DNA of 64,000 nucleotides from Pocillopora damicornis (Eukaryota): NCBI RefSeq assembly GCF_003704095.1, contig NW_020847499.1, positions 310,001 to 374,000 of the forward strand, read 5' to 3'. Shown piece by piece: positions 23,346 to 36,600 of this stretch (position 1 is its first letter; each line of letters starts with the position of its first letter). The notes under the pieces were generated by a model. It saw only the letters and a program-made list of their open reading frames with translations, ran no database searches and was not told where the DNA came from. The position numbers and the translations under genes were made by a program.

Positions 23346-25141
23346 TAAATCCTCATTGCTGAATAACTGTGGCTTTCTGACAAATCCCAAAGGCTTCCTA
23401 AGAACATTAATGAGGTGCAAATTGGGACTTTGGGTGGGGAGCTCTCCTTTCGTTTTTAAAATGGAATTCTTCTCAAGTTGCCACCTAACAGATCAGAAAA
23501 AAGGCAAAGGAAAACCATCGTGATCATCATAATGCTTAAATTTTATTTATCATAAGTGCACAATAAGCTAAAAACGTTTTGAGCAATTTCCTCTATGATA
23601 ATATAAAGTAAAGATAAAAACACACAAGTCATTAGCCTGCTTTTTTCAGTTAGGATAAAATAACAGATTGACAGCGTCTCTCTCACGTGTGTTTGGTTCC
23701 TCCTAATTTTTTTTACTAGCTATAAGTGATTAATTCATAATAAGCGATTCTATTTTACTAGAGTACTTGGGGGAGATTCTCAAGGTGGCCAGCTGTGTTG
23801 ACTTCAAATCTGTGGATAGGAAAATAGTGTTAGTTAAAACAATGAGTATACCCATATAATATAATTTCATCCCCATCTTAAAAAATTTATATACGAATAT
23901 GACACTGAGTGCATTTTAAGCTTCTTTAGACCTTTTGGCCACGGTGAAGTATTTATTCAAATGGGGCAAAGTTCGTTTCGTTGGTCGCCATTTTGAATCT
24001 TGCTTAGCAGCCTGGCCATCTATCTTTGACGTGAGTTGTTCTCCCCTTTTGGCGATCTGTTATAGAAATTAAAAGCTACGCAAAAGGATATTGTTGACCC
24101 AAATAGTTTTCCGATAATCAAAACAGATGCTGTTCTGTAGCCCCTTGTCGAGGTTCCCGTCATCTGGATAAAACTTTGCTATGTCAGTCGTATGTAGGCA
24201 GGGCATTGGATTGCTAAGCAGTTATCGTAATCGCTTGAGAATTTTCACTTTTATGTGGCGCCGAGTGTTTATGAGTATTTTTCTTCTTGAGAATAGGGCT
24301 GCACACCAGCCAATTAGCTCATATAGTTTGAGTTCAAAGTCCTGTCAGATGCTTCTCCGTAGTTTACGAGGTGTTCAAGAGTTTGCAGATTTGTCTGCGT
24401 AAAGTAGATAAGGGAGCTTCTTCACATTACGTTGCGTTGTGCCGCGCAGATATTATATATAATAAATCCCTTTTAACGTAAATAGTTTAAGAAGTCGGAT
24501 AAAACCAAATTCAATCATTGATTAAAAAGCTTTTGCACGATCAGGCCAATCAAAAAAAAAAAAAAATTCGAGAGTTTTTTATCGTAACATTGTATGGAGA
24601 GGCACATGTTGGCTAAGTTTCGTTGTCGGTTGAATGAGTTATAAACGTACGTTTGAGACTTTGATCTCAAGGCCATACTGCAGGGGTGTTAAATTATTGC
24701 CTTATTCGTCAAAGAGAATATTCTCTTGGTTCTTCTTATTTGAATTTATGTCTTGAGTCGCTGACAGAATTAAGACTGCCGATTTCAGACTTTCGAAAAG
24801 AGTGGTTTACATATGAGAGGGGGGGGGGGGAATTTTTATGATCTAATTTCAACAAATTCTGAGCCTCGGATATTGTATTCCGAATTCCTGATTGGTTCTT
24901 GCATTTGATCTCACATCCAACACGTGTACATGGAATAACTGTTAAATATGCAGTATGGATATGTTAGAAGTGGTCCATAAAGGCCATATTTCATAATTTA
25001 CATCCATTTGTTCTAGATAGGAAAGTGAAGAACGGATCTTGTCTCAAACAGGGTCAGGGTTTCAAGGCCTATACTTCACTTCTTAAAACTCCAAGCTCCC
25101 TTTTGATGCCCCAACCCAGCTTTCTCCTTACCTATTGGAAT

Positions 25142-25660
25142 TTATTCCGCCTGTCGTTTCCCATTCTGACAGAACCAAGAGAGACAGCCTGGTTGGTTTT
25201 GGGGTTCGGCAGGAACTGAGCGAGCGATGCGGAGTTTTCTCATCGGACCAGAATCTTCGACAGTGCTTCTCTTTCCAGTTCGGCAGTCTCTTGTGAGGCA
25301 CGGGATGTCTTCTGGTCCTGGTTTGGGTCCATCCTGTGGTGGGACACCATTGACTGCCCGTCGTTTTCGTCTACATTCCCAACTAATGCAAGGCTCTTCT
25401 TCCTTTGCACCGTATACACTGGATTTCTTATCTGTGGACCCGCCACCTCTGAGGAAGTTTAGAAAGGTATTTTTTTGTAGTAACATGTTTCTCCTGCATT
25501 GCCACGAGATACACGGTCTGCGTTCACTGAGGTCCTTGAGTTCAAGCGCACGCCTTTGAGCCCAATCCCATGGCTTTTCGCTTTCTTTTCCTAACAATTC
25601 TCCAGTGGTAGTCATCAAAATTAAAGTAACGTTAAGGAAAATGAGCGACCAGAATCCCAT
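25142..25660 (-). CDS. Secreted polyprotein precursor B (172 aa) with four C-x4-C cyclic peptides; neuropeptide/toxin-like
   Basis: Signal peptide MGFWSLIFLNVTLILMTTTG, then RR-PCISWQC-RR, EEE-PCISWEC-RRKRR, IPCLTRDCRT-GKR and QPGCLSWFCQN-GKR. An acceptor with a polypyrimidine tract ends at 25671, 10 nt before the ATG. Confidence 0.88.
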   Translation of the reverse strand: MGFWSLIFLNVTLILMTTTGELLGKESEKPWDWAQRRALELKDLSERRPCISWQCRRNMLLQKNTFLNFLRGGGSTDKKSSVYGAKEEEPCISWECRRKRRAVNGVPPQDGPKPGPEDIPCLTRDCRTGKRSTVEDSGPMRKLRIARSVPAEPQNQPGCLSWFCQNGKRQAE

Positions 25661-28600
25661 GTTACTCTCCCTGGCGAGGAAAAGAGAAATTAAATACCTT
25701 TTTAGATCATACAGAACAACACTTTACAGCGGTTTTAATGTCAAATAATTCGCAGCATCATAGCTTTGATGAGCCAATTAAAAATTTTTTCCTGGTGAAT
25801 AATGATACTCTACGAGTTATCCCTAATGTTTTAACTTCCTCCTGTAAATGCTGCTTCCAATTTATAGCACATCGGAAACAGAAGACTGTTCAGAGACCTG
25901 AATTCTTGTAAGTGCGACGGAGGTTAGACGGGGAAAATGGAAATCTTTAAGCCTAATTAAATTATCAGTTGAAGGATTCCACTACCGTGATTTGCAACGG
26001 AAGCCAGATGATGCTGGTAATGGTTTAAAATCTTAAACTAGTGTAAGTTTTCAAAGCAGGATACGAATAAGAATTATTGGGCAAATTCCCAAGGTAAAAA
26101 ATTGATAAATGAAGGAAAGGCCGACTACAAGTTTAACTGACGATCAACATGCTTCTTTTTATTACACGGAGGAGCTGAGATTAGAAGAAACGTGCATAGG
26201 ATGCTAAGTATCTCACAGGCGGGAGTCAAACGCCGAATTTTTCATGAGCCGAACGCACTGATACCTTGAATGAAGCAATTGAAAAGTTAGGTGCCTGACT
26301 CAATTCATTCAATCCATTTGGGAAGACCTGGCTCTACTTCCCGCCTAGCTTGCTCGGAAATTTCGACTTGAAAACAGCTTTAGAAAGACTGTGGAACGCC
26401 TTTTGTTGAGACGAAGACACAATCATGAACCTAACCCAAAACATATCATGATAACGATTTTTCCAGAAACTTCTAAGTCCTGGAAATGTGTAATGAACGC
26501 ACCAGGCAAATGTATATAAAAAAGAGTAGACTTGTCACAATTGGAATACGCAGTAAATCAGTTGTCAGAGAGGTATCAAAAGAACTTTCTGACAATGCAT
26601 CTGACATTTTCCCACGACTGCTGCAGAGATATCTAAGTATTCTAAGTAAGCCTGAGAAAACAAAACACACGTTTTTATGGCAGATTTTGGAAAATAAAAT
26701 GAAGAAAGGAATTAACGCGCTTCAATTGAGCCATCAAGCTTTTTCAATGATAAATTACTCGAATTCGATCAAATTTATTCTCTGATCGTACCTTTCACAT
26801 GATTTGAGTCCTGGGAAGCGGACTGCACGAAAAAAGTATCCCGCCATTTTGTAAACAATTGCCTAACCTTACTAAACTAATCCTAGCACTCACAAACTGC
26901 ATGAAGCGCTTTCTTACGATTTTAACACATTTTATCGAACTTTTAGAGTACCCAGGAAACCAGCCCACATTCTTTAATTTGTGTGATTCAAAGGGCTTCT
27001 GCTAGGAAATTTAATCGTATCAAGGTGTAATCGTTGTTGTTTCTATCATGCTATAGTCTAATGTATTAACAGCAGTCAGCGCGTATAGCCGGTTTTGTTC
27101 AAATTGCGCCAAGACAAAGGCTGATTTGAACTTCAATGCCAGCCTCAACCACTCTTTTATTTGAAAGCATTTCTTGGAGGGATCATCAAATTAGCTCGGC
27201 TCACATTAAACTCTTTCTTTCCAAACTGATAGAAGTGATAGAAGAACGATAAAACAAAGCCTAACCTATTTAGCTTTAGGCATTTTTTACTAACTCAGTC
27301 AGCAAATTTCTTAAACATCTGATTCAAAATCAGTAAGATGTGTAAATATAGAAGAAGAGGGAACTATCTAAACTCCTGTGGAGTCACTCCAATAACCCAG
27401 CAACCTTTCCAGCGGTGAAGTACTCTATATTTATTCTTTTGAACTAACAGGCCTGCTTTATTGATCCAAGGTAAGAGAAACGACTATTACACCAAGAACT
27501 TAAAATTCGTGATTCATGTTGTAAGTAAGAACGGAAAAAGACACGCAGTCAATAAATCGGCGAAGACCATTTTCCAAATTGGTCGAAAATTTTCCGTTTT
27601 ATAAGGATTTAGCTCATTATCACCTGCCGTTGATAACAAAAATCTTTTAAAGGATTTTCGATTCTTTTTGAGCTCAAAAAGTGTGATAAGAAGTACTGTA
27701 AGATAAAATGGAATATGAACAATTTTAACGTCAATCGGTAAATTAAGCAAAAGAGAGAAACGAATCACCCTAACTTCACATCCCACAAATATCAAACGAA
27801 GATTAAGTTATTACACTCGGAAATCACACACAAACCATATAAAATGCAAGTTTAAGTCAGTGTATATGTCAAGCTAAATAAAACGTGTGTAAATAAGTCA
27901 ACCCTCATACGTACGTTAATTTGAGATCCAAGGAGAAGCCTTTAAACGTCTTGTGTGAAACAAAGTAATAAAAAATGGTACATACAAGCCGGTTTTAAGC
28001 TAATCTTTCCGCATAGATTACTGAAGCGGAAATGAGCATCGCTTTTTCATTGAAGAACCTTTCATCAGAAGATTGGTTTTGCAGACCACACAAAATAGAA
28101 AACAGTCGCCTCCTTACCTGGTAGACTTCCTTCAATAAAATCAATCGAATCACCGATGGGCTTTCATTGGCTCATAAAATTTAATTACTTGCTCAATACG
28201 GGGTGCTAGTTAACTTAATGGAATATCTTTAAAGGTGATCCTTGAAAACTATGTTATCGGCAGCAATTATTAGTTTCCTTATAATGGTGCCGCTCACTTA
28301 ACGTAAGGAACAAAACGTGAGTTAGTTCCTGAGTAGCCTGAGGCTAAACTTATACTGATACAATAGCAGCTATCAGGAAATGAAACGATATGGATATTGT
28401 TGACCAAAATGACGCACGCAGTTCAATCATTAGAGCCCGTTTTTAACAGCACTGATATGTCAAGGTCTCTCTAAATTCATAGATTACAACTAATTGATGG
28501 TTTAAGCTTTTAATAGAGAGGTTAATCATGCTAATAGAAAACGGCTGAAAGCGTTCTCCTTTCGGATAGTTTTGCGTTAGGTAGAAAATATTTTGCAATC

Positions 28601-31600
28601 GCCGTCACAAGGAATTGATTTTTTCCATTTCCTAAAGAGCCGCTCCAGGATAACAGGAGGAGTAAATAAAATCTTAGGTCATTTTTAGCTTTGACGCCAA
28701 CCTCTTGCTGAAATTCACTAATATTTTAGGAGACCGCAAGGATTCATGTATCTAATAGCATCATATGCTTTACAATCGGCAATCAATCTGATTTAGAGAA
28801 TATGTCCGAAAAAACTCCATCAAATTCGGGTTCTGACCGTCATACCTACAGGTTTAACCAAGGTAAATTTTGATCAAGGGTTTTTGTGTCTTAAGAAAAA
28901 AAGACAAAAAGATCTCTCTGAGTATAATAGCCGCGTACTTCTTTACTGCTCTAAATAGAAAACTATGACATTGAGAACCGGATGAAAGAAAAAAATGATA
29001 TAAAAATATACGTTGTATTCTTTATCCTACAATCATAATTATCTTAATAATAAGATCAGACTTATCAGCTTCCTCAGACAGGTATTTACTGACTGTATCA
29101 AAATATAGGTTTTTATCCTCCCTGACAAATATTGAGAAAAGATCATATCTTAGTTGGAAGCATCGGCAATGATGACGCCCTTTTTTAAAAAGGCATGATA
29201 AAATGATAAACAAATGGATATTTTCTCTGTGTATCAACAATAAAAATATCGCTCTGTCTGACAATTCTCTATTTCAAAGAGATATACACATATAGAACAT
29301 AGTTTCTTAAAATAGATTTAATCAGTTACTTCAGATAATTCGACAAACACGGCTGTATTTCGAGATCTCGGCGTCACAAACATGAATTCAAATATTTATG
29401 CGTTCAGTTGTGTTTTTGTTTCTAGCAGAATGATGCTAACATCATAATTATTTCATGGCTTCCAACGGTAAAGTTTTCTTTGCTTAATTAAAATAATCTT
29501 CGCCTCAAGCCACACAGAATGAAAAATATACTACATAATTTAAAACGAAACAGGACACGATTCACATGCATACACCAAGGAACAGAAAAAAAAATTTGAG
29601 TGGGAATATCTTTACGCTACGACGTGATCTGAATGCGAAACAAAATAGCTAAGTACAGACATGTTTTTGTGTATATTCGTCTTAATGTAGGTTAGATCTT
29701 GAAACCTTTTAAGGATAAAAATTGTTACTAAAAATTCCAGAAACATCTTTATTATTGAATATCAGTGAACAGGTTAATTTCTTGAGTGTAGTTTTCACCT
29801 GCCGTGGGAGGAGAGAATGGTTTTTCTGTGCACCGCCCCGCTTCAATTCGATTTAAACACTCTAGGCGTGAACGTTTAGCTTCAGGAAATTACAAAGTTT
29901 GGAAATAACACCATTAACTATGCGAAATAAATTTTCAATGGACTACTTCCTCAGTTTCGATGCGGAAGACAAATGTAGAGAATATTCCATGAATTCATAG
30001 CAAATGAGGCGGGGGGGGGGGGAATATCAGACATAGGTGTGATGTTAATATTATCAAAAGGACTGACACATTAACATTTTTTATATTTAGAGGTGAAAAT
30101 TCAATGAAAAGCTTTTAAAACATGAAGACAGACTTAAGATTTTGATCAAAATATTGAATATATATGAGTTTGAGTCTCCCTTCTTTTAGTTTTTCTCGCG
30201 TATCTTCGTATTGAAAATAATCGTCTTTTTTCCCCCAATGAAAGTTACAGCATTTTTAAGAGAATCTGAATAGAAAAATGTTTGGAGGAACCAACTCGTT
30301 TAGGTCCATTTTTTTCAGAGCTCGAGGCATATTGACTATATTACCGTCTGACGGTTATTTTTCAGTCCCTCTTGGGATCTAATACAATTAATTTGAAAAC
30401 ATGATAAAAATGATTATTATTTGGTGCTGGCTTCAGATATTTTAACAGTCTGTAGTTCACCAGCGTTTGATAATGCCGATAAGGAAAATTAATTAATTAA
30501 TTTTCAAGAACTAAACCAGTGCTTTCTTGTAATCGAGTTCACAGTCAGAAATAGATTTAGCAATCTTTCAGAGCTTCATTTAACTTCGAATTTTAAGGAA
30601 ATATAGCATGTCACGTACCGTTAAATATCATTCATGCCCCAAGTCATACAAATCTTTATGAAGGAAAAAACAATTTCAGATCGACATCCCTCTGATAATG
30701 AGTGTCACCTTTGTTGAATTTTCAGGATGTGATCTTTCAATAATGAAATTATTTTGCCACGAAAGTAAATCTTCAAGTTTAGTCGCCAGTTTAAGGAAGG
30801 ATCTTTATTGTTTCAAAAGATTCCCTTTTTACTCAGCTTTTTCTACTCCCTTTTCCCCAGAAATTCAAAGCCAAACTTTTTATAAGGGACTCGTTCACTT
30901 GGCTTATTTCAACAACCACCCATTTTGCCAACACCACGTCAAAACCGGATCTTTAACTAATAACAGGGAAAAGTTACACGCAAGTGTTGACTAAATTTCA
31001 ACATATATATTTTACAAATTGTCCACAAGAGGAGAACACGCCAAAATCAAGGAAAGGTGGAAGACATTTCGGACTGTAATTGGAGTTTTTGTTGAAAGGC
31101 TGATGCGGCAAAGCGTCGGGGCAAAGCGAGCTAAACCGTTTTTTTGGGGGAATTTCAATCATTGATTGATGATAGCTTCCGTTCATTACAAATTTCAAAC
31201 TGGATCCTTTGAGGCCGCATGATTGAAAACCTTTTCGAGTAGACTTTCTAAAACAATACTAACTAATGCCAAGGTCAATGTTGATTTTTCACACAAACAC
31301 AAGGATCTCAGCGATGCAGTAAATTTTTCGTGCTGTATCGAGCTCTAAAACTTTGAGATATATTTACATTTGTTTTCAACAGATCGAAGACTTTAAAATT
31401 ATTAAGAAACAATGTAAATTAGTCGAAATAGTTTTAAAAACGAATTAACTACAGTCGGCTTGTTTAGATATATTTGAGCACAAATGTATTCTCCAATCTG
31501 AAACCATCCAAAAACCAAATATATCCATTTCGTACTAAAAATAAGACTGAACCATTTTCAATTATCAGTCTTTTTATAACCAATTCAAACCTAACTCATA

Positions 31601-31839
31601 TGGACCAAAATTCAAAGTATTACTCTCGGTTAAAAGTAACATTGCAAAGCAGCTTGATTAAGGATACAACTTTTATTCAGCTTCTAATAAAACGAAGACT
31701 TCTATATTTAAAAAGAAGTGAACAACTCATGCTTTACAGTGCGAAATTAGGCTACAGAATAATATGATATTAGTACACAGAGATCTATTCTACAGTGCTA
31801 TCAGATGAGAGTGGAATATTCTGAAACTGTTAAGCTAAA

Positions 31840-33688
31840 TTAATTATCGATGGATTTCTGCTGGTCGTTATATCCAATGATATCAGTCAAGTCATCGTCT
31901 GGTAATCCCCACCTGATGAAAGGACAGACGAAAACACGTCACTTTACTGTTAAACAATGAGCCAAGTAGTACACGCGCTGTGATTGGTCGTCGCCTAGGA
32001 TCTATCACAGTTTACATAATAAGGTGCGTATTTTGATTGGTTATAACATATGATCTATTGTACGACAGATACATAGATGACGTCGTTGTTAGCAACATTT
32101 ATTTTTTTTTTTATCATATAAAACCGATTGATTCTTAAGTGCAGCGGGTCTGTACAGAAAATGTGGTAAGAGCATCAGTAACTCACTCGGCTGTACCTTG
32201 TGCGCCATTTTTTTGCCCTATTACATTTTGACGTCATCGATGATTTTTTGTGAAACAATACAATTTACTTAATCCCCCTTAAGGCTCTGTAAGATTCTAA
32301 CGACACCCCCTTATTGGCAGTCAATTTTCTAAATTCTCCCCTTGAAACTCTCTAAGAGACAACCAATCCCCACTCCGACCCCCTCTGAAAAAACCATGCG
32401 ATTCCCCCAAAATCCTCCAACCCCAGCCACCCTCCCCTCCAGGCGATCTTTGATGACTGGTCCGTTACTTCCCTGTTAATTGTAATAAAAAAAAAGAAAA
32501 AAAATTGTAATAAGGGCGTCAATGACAACCCCTACACTTTGTGTGCTATCTTATTCTTTTGTTGCCATCTGTAACTTAAAACGGAATCCCTAAACGGCAA
32601 AATAAAGTCTATTTGTTAAACCAGTACGTCAATTTGCCTCATAAAAAAGATCTACTGTTAAAAAAACCTTTTCTTGCAGAGGGATTTTTTTCCAAATAAA
32701 TTGGAGACAAACACTATCGCCGAAAAAATTTTGACAAATTACCAATCCAAGAAATAACTCTCACAAAATTTTCACGCTACATTCTAGGATTGTTGCTATT
32801 TCTTTGATGACCTGCTTAATTCAGATTTCCTTCGTTGGCTATTCTTCTTTTTTTATTCATAATCCCCTTCGGTGAAGGAGAGCTTTGGTTAAGGTTTACA
32901 CAACGTTCCAATCAAAGGCTTGCATCTACACATTCTCACCAGTGGCAAACCACGTCTGCAGTTCGCTAACTTTCATTAATTCGAATAAGAACGACTCACG
33001 ATTGGCCATTAGTTTTGGCAAAAATTTTCATCCTATTTGAATGGTATAAAATGTTTCCTTTTTTTTTGTACCACAATCGTTCCCTTACAAAATGTGTTAT
33101 TTTCCGCCAGCAACTTGATTTAACCCTTTGACTCTGAAGATCTGATTGTTAATTCTCCCCTCCAGCTGCTACACATATCCTCGTAAATTAGCTATGAGAA
33201 TTTGTTTTGGATCAAGATAAAAACTTCTACCTTATAATTTTGAATATTTTCATTACCAGGTTGCTGGACAATGTATGGATTAAAAGCAAAACATTTACAA
33301 GTTAATCTCTTCCAGGAGTTAAAGGGTTGAGCGAACAGAAATAATGTCAACCAGAACCTCATAATATATGGTGAATGGTATAAAGGTGATGACAGACTCC
33401 CGAAGGGTTTTTGATTCTGAAGTAGCGCTATTTTTTTTTTAACGGATTACGCGTCAGTTTCGTCAACGTGACTTACTCTCTGGAACCCCTGAAGCGATTA
33501 GGTCGTCTTCTTCCTGGTCTTCCTGGTCTTTTACGCCTCGAAAACTTCACTTTCTTCAGAAAACTGCAGCCTCCAGATGAACATGGCGAACGTCGCTCCC
33601 GAGTAACTTCGCTCTCCGAGACGGGTATGGAAGAGGCCTGGAACAGAAGGCAGGCCAGGATACAAAGCCAGAGTAGCTGTTTATCCAT
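31840..33688 (-). CDS. Secreted prepropeptide C (94 aa, two coding exons) with SPCSSGGCSFL and an Arg/Pro-rich segment
   Basis: Exon 33477-33688 (acceptor ttttcag directly before the ATG; signal MDKQLLWLCILACLLFQASS; RERR-SPCSSGGCSFL-KK; donor GA|GTAAGT) joins in phase to exon 31840-31912 (acceptor tttcatcag|G; WGLPDDDLTDIIGYNDQQKSIDN*). Confidence 0.8.
33120..33330. mobile_element. About 210-bp piggyBac-like MITE in the intron of prepropeptide C
   Basis: TTAA-CCCTTT at the left end and AAAGGG-TTGA at the right end, consistent with a TTAA target site and CCC/GGG termini. Confidence 0.6.
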
Positions 33689-36600
33689 CTGAAAATACAA
33701 TCAGTGGGCGATAAATAATCGAGATACTTTTAATAGTCATGAATTTTGTAATAAAAGTCACATCTTAACCTGCTAGAAAAAAGAAAAGCCAGGTATGAGA
33801 AAGACGTAAGAATACGGGGAAATGAAAAGGTGACAGAGAAATATCGCTTAAACTCAGAGCGAACGATTAACCGAAACAATTATATAATGCTTTCAATTGG
33901 ATAAGGGTAGGAGCAAATACTTAAAAACCAAATTTTAGCTTTAAATACATGTGATCTACACTCCATTGCAATAAGAATGATTAACTCTATCAGAATACCT
34001 CAGCCTATGTGGCCAAGTTCCTAAAGGGGGAAGAATGAGTTAAGAGCAAAACACTCAATCTCTTTAGTCCCCCAGCTATATTCTGTTAAATGACGACTGA
34101 TCTCCCCTCCATTCCCTTGAGAAATATATGACCGCCCCCCGTAAAGTCCACCAACCCCACCCACTATCCCCAGGAAATAAATAATGACTGGTTCCTCATC
34201 AAATTTCTCCTCGTTTGGACATCGGAAGGCCAGATTAGTGTGGAGAGTTGGGAAAACTAAGGAAAGAAAGAAGCAATTCCAAAGAAATGTAGACTCTTGT
34301 GTGGACAGAACCTCGTCTTAAATCTGTGACTACTTTCTTTTATCGGGTATCTTTTCATGTTCCATGACTTTTCGCCGGCTTATTCCGTATCAGCTCTTAC
34401 TGATGTGTTGTCTTGTTGACATTGGAAAGAGAAACAGTAAGTTGATCCGCAGCACTGAACTCTTTTATATTATTACTCTCTAAGACGATCCACAAAATCC
34501 AAAAAAACTATCCTTAAATTCAATTGTAACCGGTAAGTAATCGAAAATAAACGCTTACGGTTTTCCGAATTTCATTTCTTTATTACCCACTCAAATCTGA
34601 TTGTAGCTTTACGTTTTGCATTTGGAAACAAAAGCTTATTATTCGCGAGTTAAGTGTAGCTTTTGTAAAATACATCGAAAAAAGTAGAGTATGGAACTGA
34701 AACGTGCGGCTAAAACATTTCCACCCAATGCGTTAAGAAACTACCTTTTAGTTTTTTTTCCTCGTTTCCATAAATTATTAATTTTTCCTTTTCGAGCTTC
34801 GAGGTTCGGAAAACATCAGATCTATAATGTTTTCATAATACCAAACCATCTGTTTCTCCAATCGGTAACCACGCAAAAAATTGCTGAAACAAAAAACTTA
34901 AGAATCGCTAATAGAGAACATTTATTCCAATGTTTGAATAGAAAAACGACGATAATGACGAAAGTGAATCTTTTTCAATATAAAATTTTTTCCTTGAAGA
35001 GTATCGTTAGGCTCAACTGATCAGCTGATTGAGGTCGTTTCAACAAAAAAATTGAAAGAAGCTATTCTGAGATGCATACGCATTTCAACAGGGGAAGAAA
35101 TTTTAGTGAGCTGTCTAAGAACTTCTTTGGTTTCCTTGAACTACTTTCCGTAATTTTTTATCCTAAATGACGGGCAATTAAATCAATCAAGAATTACAAG
35201 GCCTTTTTGGGAGAGTTTCCCATAATTTTGAAATAATTCGAGCAAAATCGAAAAGACAATTCAAGATTACCAGAGGATGCTCCATTCGCTCTCAACGAAG
35301 GGTATAGGTTCGAATTTGATAAAGGCGGCAATTCATTCCCCTTGAACAATTTTTATTCCATCGTCAACGAATTATATCTCTTGCCACCTGACGCAGCTCA
35401 AAGCTATTCTTTAGAAATGAATAACTTTGAAGATCATATCTAGATTAACTGATTGGTCTGGAAAATTCCAATAAATAACAGAACTTTCTATTTTTCTACC
35501 AGTTCTGAGGAGCAGTAACCGCCCTTCGTTTTTGCCTTGTAATCGCATTTTTCGCCCTATGTTTTGGAAAAAAATAAAAAAATAGAAGGTAAACGAGAAA
35601 ATCTTGTGTTTTGTGAGAAAAGAAGACGTGGAAAGAATTTCTTACGTTTTGAGACGTTCACGAAATTTTCATAAACTGAATTCAAGTCAGTTTTAAAGAA
35701 TTTTAGAAAATCCAAATTACGTAACTGTAAGATCTAAATTTGTAGCTATAGGTCTCAAATATTTCTTCGATGCTGACCCAACCAAAAAAATTATTTCTGT
35801 AGGACACAAACCTTGGTTTTGCTCTGATTTTCGGATCGTCTCGTCTCGGCCACGTTCTAATTGCAATGAGTGTGGTTTGTTTGAGAACAGATACAATAAA
35901 ATCTATTAGAGGCGTCTGTGAGGTCGCCCACGAATTTTTGACGATATATTGTGATCTTAAGTACATATGGAGCATTTAATAAGCTCTTTGCGATAAAGAG
36001 CTACCCAATAATTGCTTATTATTTCTTTCCGTATTGTTACAAGGGCTATCAATGCTTCCTTTTGACACAATGAAGATAAAAGTTGTTTGTCTCCGGCAAA
36101 CCGCGTTAAAAACTAATCTATGATTAATTTACTTGCTTTGTAGGAGTTCTTTAACGACAACGTAATCGAGTGATAAATGAAAAAGCTTTCTAGTACTTTC
36201 ACGGGTTTGTCTTCGTTTAATTGTTGTAACCATTGCATAGACCAACTCTATTGGAGAGCGGTAATTTGGAGACTTGCCGAGAGAGAAGAATATTACAATA
36301 TTTACGCTGTTACTTGACGTACTTTCACAGCAACCCACTCCTGAATGGTTGGAAGTTCGTTTTCGGCATGATTTATCAAAAAAAATTCCTCCAAAAGAAC
36401 AAGAAGATAAACGCTGCCTGCTGTCGCTATGTGACACAAGACTGACCATTATCATCGCTAAAATATGCATCCGTCGACGTCATTCAGTCTCCTGTTACTC
36501 ACATACTATTGTAGATCTCAGCTTTCGGAAAACCGTTCAGTACAATTTGTTATTAGTCAGATGCATATCTTTACATAAAAATGTGGATACAACCCTCAAA

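Noticed and set aside
25227-25559. 110-aa plus-strand ORF and 68-aa alternative-frame ORF
   Set aside because: They are antisense and off-frame shadows of precursor B.
25142-25660. Assignment as an oxytocin/vasopressin or urotensin/somatostatin ortholog
   Set aside because: Only the ring size matches. There is no neurophysin, the peptide does not follow the signal peptide, and there is no FWK core.
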